Shown: positions 36,359 through 46,100 of the stretch, piece by piece
How the letters are laid out: every line of letters begins with the position of its first letter
Position numbering within the stretch: the first letter of the stretch is position 1
From: Macrostomum lignano
Taxonomy: Eukaryota
Direction of reading: 5' to 3'
Assembly (NCBI GenBank): GCA_002269645.1
Contig: NIVC01001622.1
Location: forward strand, 62,001 to 126,000
Length of the DNA: 64,000 nt
The notes under the pieces: model-generated
What the model was told of the DNA's origin: nothing
Database searches by the model: none
The model's input: only the letters and a program-made list of their open reading frames with translations
Made by a program: the position numbers and the translations under genes

Positions 36359-37204
36359 TCACTTCTGGCCAGCCTGCACTTTGTACTCGAGCAGAGTGCG
36401 GAATTTCTTCGCGTCGCCCTCGGCATAGTTCGCGCACACGGCTACGCGACTGGCGCCTGGCTGGGCCGCCGCGGCGAGGCTAACCCGGCCCAGCCACTGA
36501 CCGGCGGCCTGCGACGACGGCTTCAGCGACGTCCAGGACTCGCCGCAGACAACGGAAACGGCTCGAGCCTCGGGCGCGATGAGGCTGAAGTCGACAGCGC
36601 GATCGCTGGCTGCCAGCTGACCGCTGGTTGGGCTGCGCAGCGAGCAGCCCTCAGACCAGGCGGCGAACTGCAGCGGGTAGCGCGGGCCGGCGCCGCTGCG
36701 AGCCAACCAGGCGCTGGAATCGGCGCTCCGCTTTGGTGCACAGATTAGCAGCTGCCACAGGTTGGCCAAATTGTCGTGCTTCTCAGTGGCTGGCAGGCCG
36801 AATATCACCAGCTTGTAGTAGCCGGGGGCTGGCAGCCACACGCGGAAGGAGGCGGCGCCGTCATTCTGCCGAATCTCCTGCAGCACGCAGTCGGAGCTGC
36901 AGGTGCTGCTCTGAGAGCCCGAGGCGGCCAAGCGGACCAGGTGCGCCGCTAGTCGCAGGGGCCGATCGGGTTTCATCGAGAACTCGAACGCGGGGTCGTC
37001 GCCGACTGGCTGTTTGCTTGAAACCAGCGGGTCCTCGTGCGAGGTGCACGCGAGGCCGAACTCGGCAGCCTTCTGCGTGCCGCCAAGGTGCCCAGGCGGC
37101 TGATGAAGCGCCTCGGAAGCGTCTGTGCCGCAGCGGCAGACCAGCAGAAGTTGCTGCACCAAGTGCAGCCGGTCCCCATCCTGGGGCCTGCCACCAGCGT
37201 ACAC
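36359..37204 (-). CDS. Hillarin/KY-like gene, last exon (C-terminal beta-sandwich repeats)
   Basis: VYAGG...FRVWLPAPGYYKLVIFG...VAVCANY...FRTLLEYKV, typical of the hillarin/KY C-terminus; acceptor TTTCAG, phase 0, giving LE|VYAG. Confidence 0.85.
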   Translation of the reverse strand: MYAGGRPQDGDRLHLVQQLLLVCRCGTDASEALHQPPGHLGGTQKAAEFGLACTSHEDPLVSSKQPVGDDPAFEFSMKPDRPLRLAAHLVRLAASGSQSSTCSSDCVLQEIRQNDGAASFRVWLPAPGYYKLVIFGLPATEKHDNLANLWQLLICAPKRSADSSAWLARSGAGPRYPLQFAAWSEGCSLRSPTSGQLAASDRAVDFSLIAPEARAVSVVCGESWTSLKPSSQAAGQWLGRVSLAAAAQPGASRVAVCANYAEGDAKKFRTLLEYKVQAGQK

Positions 37205-37329
37205 CTGAAATGAGCAAATGCAAACAACGGTAACTGTAGAATATCTTACTTATTAAAAAGGAAGATTGCAGGAAAACTTGAAAAGCCAAATCCAGTGCGT
37301 GTGCACAGCAAGAAAGAAAAGGGTTGCGC

Positions 37330-37865
37330 CAGGCCGATAAACAGTTGGGCTTTCCTCTTGCCCGCTGGTGCCTGACTTTGACATCTCCTTATTGCTTGGA
37401 TTGGATTGGGCCTGCTTCCTAGGCTTAGTTTTGTCCGTCTGATTTTGGCTTCTCTCCTTACTGCTCTCTCATTGGCTGAGCTAGTTTGGGCCTGCCCCTA
37501 GGCTGAGTTTCGTCCGTCTGACTTTCACCTCTCTTGTTACTGCTCTCTCATTGGCTGAGCTAGTTTGGGCCTGCCCCCTAGGCTGAGTTACGTCCGTCTG
37601 ACTTTCACCTCTCTTGTTACTGCTCTCTCATTGGCTGAGCGGGAGATTAGGCCTGCCCCCTAGGCCGATTTTCGTCCGTATTGCGTTCACTTGTGCACAT
37701 CGAGTTATATGCTTGTCGTACTTAACCCAATATGCTCCTTAGGCGGCAAACCCCAGTGCAGAGGAAGGAAAGGAAATTTTAGCTGCCACATTAAATTTAA
37801 GTAACACTGCGCAGACAAGCTACTAAATAAAGAGTAGAGGCTCTACTTTTCACACATCTAATCAC
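37330..37865 (+). mobile_element. Dispersed repeat element with 80-bp tandem array (copy 2), intronic
   Basis: Same head, units and tail as 24572-25335. Confidence 0.85.
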
Positions 37866-38062
37866 AAATTCTAACTAGAGAGAAGAAGACGGCAAGGTCA
37901 GACACCAACATACCTCGTGGGCATTCTACTCGTAGAATTCTGTTTCATATGCTGTTTCCGCTTCCTGCACCGCTTCTTTCTGATTAATCCTTGACTAACC
38001 CACAACAAAGCTTTCATACAAATTTAGGTCTATAAATAAATAATAAGTACTCAGCCGCTCAC

Positions 38063-39531
38063 CTCCAGAACGTGCAGGCCGTCTGTAGGCGGCAGCGGCC
38101 GCACCAGCAGGTGTCCGGCAGCCATCCGAACGATGCAGGATGCGCTATCCGCCAGCCTGCCAGCGGCCTGCTGCGCCTGCTGGTCGCAGCCGCGTAGCTT
38201 CACAACGTAGCGCAGGCGTTCGGCAGCGCGACTGGACAGCTTGAATCGGACATCCTCAGCCTGGCCGTCGGTCACCTCTACGATTGGCAGCGGCATGTCC
38301 GCGCCTTCGCCCGCCGTGACCGCCGTCAGATTGAAGCCGCCCATGGCGGACCAGTTGGCATCGGCAGGGCCGTAGCCGGAGGTCTGGCACTGGGGGAAGG
38401 ACGGCGCGGCTTGATCGACTTCCGCGTTGATTTGATACACGCAGACTGACTCGAACACGGCGCTCTGCTGTTGCTGCTTTTGGGCAGTCTGGGCGAGGTC
38501 TCTGGCGTAAATCGTTAGTTTCCAAGTTCCAGTGGAAGGTGGCCGCGCCGCCACCACAAGACAGGAGTAGCGCCTGTCGAACAGGTGCAAAACTCGGTGC
38601 TTGACTGAAGCTGCTTTAGCGGCGGTAGACTTGGATTCTGGGCTCAGAGTGGCGATGAAGCTCAGGCGGCCAGCCAGGCCCGGCGGGACGCCAATTCGGA
38701 TGATCAACGCCGGGGACAGAGGCGCCAGCTGCGGGTCCTCGTCAGCTGCGCCTGGCCGGCTGGAGCGCCACTGAATGGTCGATTCAGGATGCGACCGCAG
38801 CTCCAGGCCGTATTTAAAAAAGGCGTTTTTCACCTGCGCCAGGTTATTGAAGCGTGCGATTGTCAGCGGCTTCTCCAGCAGCTGCCAGCTGGCTCGGTCG
38901 GGAAAGTGGGTGAACACGAACTGGGCCGGCCTGGCCAAGAAGTAGAATTCATCCAGCTGCCTGTCGCCAGCCTCCTGCTGCTGTTTGCCGCCACTTCCAT
39001 AACCGCGCGCAGCCCAGAAGCTGTCAATCAGGCGCCAGCTGCCGTTGAGGCGGACGGCGTTCCACAGGTGCACGGCGTCGCCAATGGCCGGATCTCTCAG
39101 TCCGCCGCGCACTGAGCCTTGGACGAGCCGGCAGTCCAGGCCGAAGGCGCGGCACAGGAGCCGCAGCGCGACTGCCATCGCTGCGCGACCCTCGACGGCA
39201 GCGGAGAGCAGCGCCTCAGCGGATTGCGGCTCCCGCTGCACCGGACAGGCATCCGGAGTGGCCAGGCAGAGCCAGACGAAAGCGAGACGCAGCCGCTCCA
39301 TCGAGTCGGTGACGTTGGGCTGGCCAACCAGCTGCCAGACCAGCTCGCGTAGGTCCGACGGCTTTGTGCGGCCCTCAGCCAGTCTCTGCGCGTGAGCGTC
39401 CACCGCTGCCAACTGTTCCAGCGATGGCCGGTCAACTGCGGGCACGGCGTCTTGCTCCGGTTCCGTATCGGCGTCTTCTGCTAGCAGATTGCTTGGCAGC
39501 TTGAACTTTTTTGGTGGTTTGCTCGGCGTGA
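38063..39531 (-). CDS. Hillarin/KY-like gene, transglutaminase-like core exon
   Basis: LRLLCRAFGLDCRLVQG...HLWNAVRLNGSWRLIDSFWAARG...DEFYFLARPAQFVFTHFP...WQLLEKP...VKNAFFKYGL is the KY/hillarin/CYK3 TGc-fold signature; donor GAG|GTGAG; the 5' acceptor position is less certain. Confidence 0.9.
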
Positions 39532-39554
39532 CTGCAATTGTTTGGCACGGGGAT

Positions 39555-39825
39555 CGTGTACAAAAAGTCAATATTCGCATGGGTTGCGGGCACCCTTATA
39601 CACACGCTCACACAGGGTGTACATGTGATCTTTGACTCTCTAATCGTCAGGCATGTACTCTGTGCCTTGGGGGTTGGCCCTCAAGGCTGTGAATCGCATG
39701 ACGACCCCCTCCCCAGGGCGAATTTTCGTGCACGCAAGCTCCAAATGAATGCAGCCGCGCACGAAATCGAACCCGGGTCTCAGCTCGAGTGTCCGACACG
39801 ATAACCTCAGAGCTACACCAGCCCC
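39555..39825 (-). mobile_element. tRNA-derived SINE (non-CORE body)
   Basis: Head GGGGCTGGTGTAGCTC...CCGGGTTCGATTTC with A/B-box-like motifs but no acceptor-stem pairing; the body is homologous to 23391-23462; TGTACA lies at both flanks. Confidence 0.65.
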
Positions 39826-40018
39826 TGTACAGAATGTGCATGTATGTACCACAACACCGAGACAATATTTGATAGATTAACTGCCACAGAAGGCAGGACT
39901 CCCTCACCGCATTTTCCGTACTCTCCTGTGGCCTTCCACGACCGAGACTCTGGAAAATGACACGAATTTCTTTAGGAAGCTGCGCATTTGTGGCTCTGGA
40001 ACATGTTGAATAACTTAC

Positions 40019-40085
40019 TCTCGTCAGCGCACTCTTGTAGGCAGGAGAAGACGGATGGAAAACTTTCAGAGGAGAATGCTTGGTC
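40019..40085 (-). CDS. Hillarin/KY-like gene, 67-nt linker exon (DQAFSSESFPSVFSCLQECADE)
   Basis: Strong acceptor CTTTAATTTCAG and donor GTAAGT; converts phase 0 to phase 1 exactly as needed between the flanking exons. Confidence 0.6.
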
Positions 40086-40178
40086 CTGAAATTAAAGAAA
40101 TTCTCCAGCGTTTTTTTTTCAATCCAAAAGCGCCTACCACCGAATGTACTTTGAAGAGTAAAAAAACTCCTCACTCAC

Positions 40179-43100
40179 CTCTTCGCCCATGTCACCAACT
40201 TGGAATCCTGAGTACCAGCCGGAGTAAGCCGACTGCGATAGAGACGTGGCGTGATGATGAATATTCTGGTTGAGCTCCTCAGCAACTGAGGCGTCAGACT
40301 TCACTTCTCCGAACATGAACAGCTCCCTGGCTGCCCGACGCCGTTTCTCATAAATATCCTCTTCCGGGTTGGACGCGGTGGAGCCCATTGTCCGAACTTT
40401 CTTCGTCTTCGACTGCTCCTCGATTTCTGTAGCACCCGATTTCTGTTCCTGGCTCTGCGACTCCGAGCTACCAGCTCCGCTGCCTTTTGACCTCCACCAG
40501 TAGCTGATGCTCAAGTACTTCGCTATGCCCTGCGATTCCTTGGTTTCTTCAGACGTCTCAGCTGTTTCAGTTTTCGATGCATCTACCTCGGTTTCCTCCG
40601 AAGTAACGTCTGACGCTTCGGTCTCCTGAGTTGACGTTTTGTAGATGGTTTTCTCCTGCAGAGTTGAGCGCCTTGTAGCCAGTCGGGAAGACATCTGAAT
40701 AGTAGTGTCCACTGAGGTATCGACTGAGATGGCTGTGCTGTCCATTGTAGTGGTTACATGCTCGTGAAGGGATTCAGATTGTCCCTGGTTAAAATCTCCA
40801 ATGAGCAGCTGAGATTCGTGAACAGATAGAGTAGAGTCAAAGTCTTGAAACTCAGTGGTCTCCTGAGTCTGCTCAAACTCAGTGGTCCCATCAGTCTGCT
40901 CGATCTCAGTGGTCCCCTGAGTCTGGTCGATCTCAGTGGTCTCTTCAGCCTGCTCGAACTCAGTGGTCTCTTCAGCCTGCTCGAACTCAGTGGTCTCTTC
41001 AGCCTGCTCGAACTCAGTGGTTCGAACTCGAACCTCAGTTTGCTCGAACTCAGTGGTCTCTTCAGCCTGCTCGAACTCAGTGGTCTCTTCAGCCTGCTCG
41101 AACTCAGTGGTTCGAACTCGAACCTCAGTTTGCTCAAACTCAGTGGTCTCTTCAGCCTGCTCGAACTCAGTGGTCTCTTCAGCCTGCTCGAACTCAGTGG
41201 TCTCTTCAGCCTGCTCGAACTCAGTGGTCTCTTCAGCCTGCTCGAACTCAGTGGTCTCTTCAGCCTGCTCGAACTCAGTGGTCTCCTGAGTCTGCTCGAA
41301 CTCAGTGGTCTCTTCAGCCTGCTCGAACTCAGTGGTCTCCTCAGTTTGCTCGAACTCAGTGGTCTCTTCAGCCTGCTCGAACTCAGTGGTCTCTTCAGCC
41401 TGCTCGAACTCAGTGGTCTCCTCAGTCTGCTCGAACTCAGTGGTCTCTTCAGCCTGCTCGAACTCAGTGGTCTCCTGAGTCTGCTCGAACTCAGTGGTCT
41501 CTTCAGTCTGGTCGATCTCAGTGGTCTCCTCAGTCTGCTCGAACTCAGTGGTCTCTTCAGTCTGGTCGATCTCAGTGGTCTCCTCAGTCTGCTCGAACTC
41601 AGTGGTCCCCTGAGTCCACTCGAACTCAGTGATCTCAGTGGGCTCCTGAGTCTGCTCGATTTCAGTGGTCTCCTCACTAGTCGCCATCTTTGTTTTCCTT
41701 TCTAGTTCGGTGTTGCCTTGAGTCGCACTTTCAAGTGCTTTGGATTTTCCTTTTCTCGACCGCTTCTTTTTGCGTCCTCCTGCCTGCTCTGATGCCGAAG
41801 CACCTTGTGATTGTTTTTCCTGCTCCCTCGCTCCAGACTTTCGCACCACAGTTGTCACTGTTTCCACTGTGGTCACGGTTTCTGTCCTCTGCTCAGCTTC
41901 CAGGGAGTCGCTTTGCCGGCTTGCCGAGTCAGTAGCGTCCAAAGACTTCGAAAAGTCGTTGCCCTTCTTTTTGATTCGCCGATAAGCCCACGAATCGGTG
42001 TATTTGGTCTCGCCAGCCTCCTCGTATTCCTCATCAGAAGTGATGATGCCTTCGTCAAATTGTGAGTCAGTGTCAATGCATCGAATGTATTTCTCTACAC
42101 TCGAAGTCTCCTCAATTGTCTGAGAAATTTGCTTCGTCTCCTCAGCTGTCCGGTTGATGTCTGTTTTAGTCTGCTGAATTTGTTTGTCTTCCTTCTGTCT
42201 GGTGGAAATTCCGCGCACCGTGGTTAGACTTTTGACATCAAACTGATTGGCATAGTGGCCAGTCAATGTTGAAATTTTTCTGTAGTCAGATTCAGCAGGC
42301 CATACACTGCCAATTTCAACCGTTTGTTTAGCTTTCGTTTCGGTAGCCGCTCCGATTTCACTCTCAGAAGCAGTCTCGACCTGTTTCGACGTTTCGATAG
42401 TAAGATATTCGGTCTCCAGAGACTCTTCGGTGGGTATGTTATCGGTGGATCTACGATGAAGCACTACGAAGGAGTCTGCCTCGTCTGCATCCCGTTTAGT
42501 CCTGACCGCAGATCCGATGAGGCCGGTCTCGTACCTGTCAGAGTCGGTCTCAATCTTTGCAATGGTAACGGTACTTCCGCTCTGAACTCTCCACTCTCCG
42601 GTCTGACTAACGACAGTCTTCTGAGTGACAGTGGTGGATGTCGTAGTCGTACTAGAGCTGGTGGTCGAAGCTTTGGATTCAAAACTTTCAACAGTGGCAA
42701 CGCCGCAAACTGCTCTGAGGCCTTCCGGATCAACTTGTCGAGCGTGATGACTTGTGAGCGACGATATCTGTCGGTAGTCGGCGACGGGAAGATCCCTTTC
42801 ACTCACTCTTGCAACCTTCTTATCGCCGTCAACAACAGAGCTACGGGAGCTTGTCTTTGTTGTTGATATTGAAGTCAGCGAAGTCGATGAAACGGGTTTA
42901 CCAGATTCGGTTGTTCGAGTTTCACTACCACCGGAGACAAAGACGGTTTTATTGGTTCCTGCAGCACCAGTTTTGTTTCTAAAGAAAATTTCTAAACTGT
43001 TTGAATCGCTTCTTCTAACGTAATGGCTAGCTAGGGTCGAAATAAAAACATAATTCGAAGCAGGCTTGAACACGTCTTCAGTACTAGCTGTCACATTCAG

Positions 43101-46100
43101 TTTAGAACACTTCTCTATGCTCCTGATTGCGTCAGAAGCCCGCTCAGTCCTATCAGAAGTATCAGTAGTCTTCTCAGTTGTCTCCTCAGTGGTCTGCTCG
43201 ATCTCAGGAGAAGTCTCAATGGTCTCCTCAGTGGTTTGCTCGATTTCCTGAGAAGTATCAATGGTCTCAGTTGTCTCCTCGGTGGTCTGCTCGATCTCCT
43301 GAGAAGTCTCAATGGTCTCCTCAGTTGTCTCCTCGGTGGTCTGCTCGATCTCCTGAGAAGTCTCAATGGTCTCCTCAGTTGTCTCCTCGGTGGTCTGCTT
43401 GATCTCCTGAGAAGTCTCAATGGTCTCCTCAGTGGTCTGCTCGATCTCCTGAGAAGTCTCAATGGTCTCCTCGGTTGTCTGACCAATGTCAGTTGTATCT
43501 ATGGTCTGCTCAATGGTCTGCCCGATAATCTGCTGTGTCCCAGAGTTCGTACTGGTGACCCTTCCTGTCTCTGTAGTCACTGAGTCCACTATTCGGTTTC
43601 TTTTAATTTTGTAGATTTCCGTCTCGAAGTAAAAGTCGCTGCTTTCAACGGACTTCTCTGAGCCGCTAACTGTTGTTAGCAGCTCAGTCGATTCTTCGAT
43701 GGTTCGAGAACCTCTGCACCGGAACTCTCCGAAAGATTCTGTCTCTCTGCCAGTGGATGTGCCGGTTATAACGTAGGCATAGCCAGCGACTTCAGAATCG
43801 TCCGAGTTGACTGAGGCATGCGTTGATGCTGTTGTCCTTTTTCTGGACTCCTCAACGGTTTTCTCGATCTCCTGAGACGTCTCAATTGTCTCCTCAGTTG
43901 TCTCCTCGGTGGTCTGCTCGATCTCAGTAGTCTCAATTGTCTCCTCAGTAGTCTCCTCAGTGGTCTGCTCAATCTCCTGAGAAGTCTCAATGGTCTCCTC
44001 AGTTGTCTCCTCGGTGGTCTGCTCGATCTCCTGAGACGTCTCAATGGTCTCCTCAGTTGTCTCCTCGGTGGTCTGCTCGATCTCCTGAGAAGTCTCAATG
44101 GTCTCCTCAGTTGTCTCCTCGGTGGTCTGCTCGATCTCCTGAGACGTCTCAATGGTCTCCTCAGTGGTCTGCTCGATTTCAGTAGTCTCAATGGTCTCCT
44201 CAGTTGTCTCCTCGGTGGTCTGCTCGATCTCCTGAGAAGTCTCAATGGTCTCCTCAGTTGTCTCCTCAGTGGTCTGCTCGATCTCCTGAGACGTCTCAAT
44301 GGTCTCCTCAGTTGTCTCCTCGGTGGTCTGCTCGATCTCCTGAGAAGTCTCAATGGTCTCCTCAGTTGTCTCCTCGGTGGTCTGCTCGATCTCCTGAGAC
44401 GTCTCAATGGTCTCCTCAGTGGTCTGCTCGATCTCAGTAGTCTCAATGGTCTCCTCAGTTGTCTCCTCAGTGGTCTGGTCGATCTCCTGAGAAGTCTCAA
44501 TGGTCTCCTCAGTTGTCTCCTCAGTGGTCTGCTCGATCTCCTGACAAGTCTCAATGGTCTCCTCAGTTGTCTCCTCGGTGGTCTGCTCGATCTCCTGAGA
44601 AGTCTCAATGGTCTCCTCAGTTGTCTCCTCGGTGGTCTGCTCGATCTCCTGAGAAGTCTCAATGGTCTCCTCAGTTGTCTCCTCGGTGGTCTGCTCGATC
44701 TCCTGAGAAGTCTCAATGGTCTCCTCAGTTGTCTCCTCGGTGGTCTGCTCGATCTCCTGAGAAGTCTCAATGGTCTCTTTAGTTGTCTCCTCGGTGCTCT
44801 GCTCGATCTCCTGAGAAGTCTCAATGGTCTCCTCAGTGGTCTGCTCGATCTCCTGAGAAGTCTCAATGGTCTCCTCGGTTGTCTGACCAATGTCAGTTGT
44901 ATCTATGGTCTGCTCAATGGTCTGCCCGATAATCTGCTGTGTCCCAGAGTTCGTACTGGTGACCCTTCCTGTCTCTGTAGTCACTGAGTCTACTATTCGG
45001 TTTCTTTTAATTTTGTAGATTTCCGTCTCGAAGTAAAAGTCGCTGCTTTCAACGGACTTCTCTGAGCCGCTAACTGTTGTTAGCAGCTCAGTCGATTCTT
45101 CGATGGTTCGAGAACCTCTGCACCGGAACTCTCCGAAAGATTCTGTCTCTCTGCCAGTGGATGTGCCGGTTATAACGTAGGCATAGCCAGCGACTTCAGA
45201 ATCGTCCGAGTTGACTGAGGCATGCGTTGATGCTGTTGTCCTTCTTCTGGACTCCTCAACGGTTTTCTCGATCTCCTGAGACGTCTCAATTGTCTCCTCA
45301 GTTGTCTCCTCGGTGGTCTGCTCGATCTCAGTAGTCTCAATTGTCTCCTCAGTAGTCTCCTCAGTGGTCTGCTCAATCTCCTGAGAAGTCTCAATGGTCT
45401 CCTCAGTTGTCTCCTCGGTGGTCTGCTCGATCTCCTGAGAAGTCTCAATGGTCTCCTCAGTTGTCTCCTCGGTGGTCTGCTCGATCTCCTGAGACGTCTC
45501 AATTGTCTCCTCAGTTGTCTCCTCAGTGGTCTGCTCGATCTCCTGAGACGTCTCAATTGTCTCCTCAGTTGTCTCCTCAGTGGTCTGCTCGATCTCAGTA
45601 GTCTCAATTGTCTCCTCAGTAGTCTCCTCAGTGGTCTGCTCAATCTCCTGAGAAGTCTCAATGGTCTCCTCAGTTGTCTCCTCGGTGGTCTGCTCGATCT
45701 CCTGAGAAGTCTCAATGGTCTCCTCAGTGGTCTGCTCGATCTCAGTAGTCTCAATGGTCTCCTCAGTAGTCTCCTCGGTGGTCTGCTCGATCTCCTGAGA
45801 AGTCTCAATGGTCTCCTCAGTTGTCTCCTCGGTGGTCTGCTCGATCTCCTGAGAAGTCTCAATGGTCTCCTCAGTGGTCTGCTCGATCTCAGTAGTCTCA
45901 ATGGTCTCCTCAGTAGTCTCCTCGGTGGTCTGCTCGATCTCCTGAGAAGTCTCAATGGTCTCCTCAGTTGTCTCCTCGGTGGTCTGCTCGATCTCCTGAG
46001 AAGTCTCAATGGTCTCCTCAGTTGTCTCCTCGGTGGTCTGCTCGATCTCCTGAGAAGTCTCAATGGTCTCCTCAGTGGTCTGCTCGATCTCCTGAGAAGT

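Noticed and set aside
36298-39435. GC-rich overlapping ORFs on both strands around the KY-like exons
   Set aside because: Alternative-frame by-products of GC-rich coding sequence.
39750-39825. Functional tRNA gene (also 15069-15145)
   Set aside because: A/B boxes are present but acceptor stems cannot pair and SINE bodies follow.
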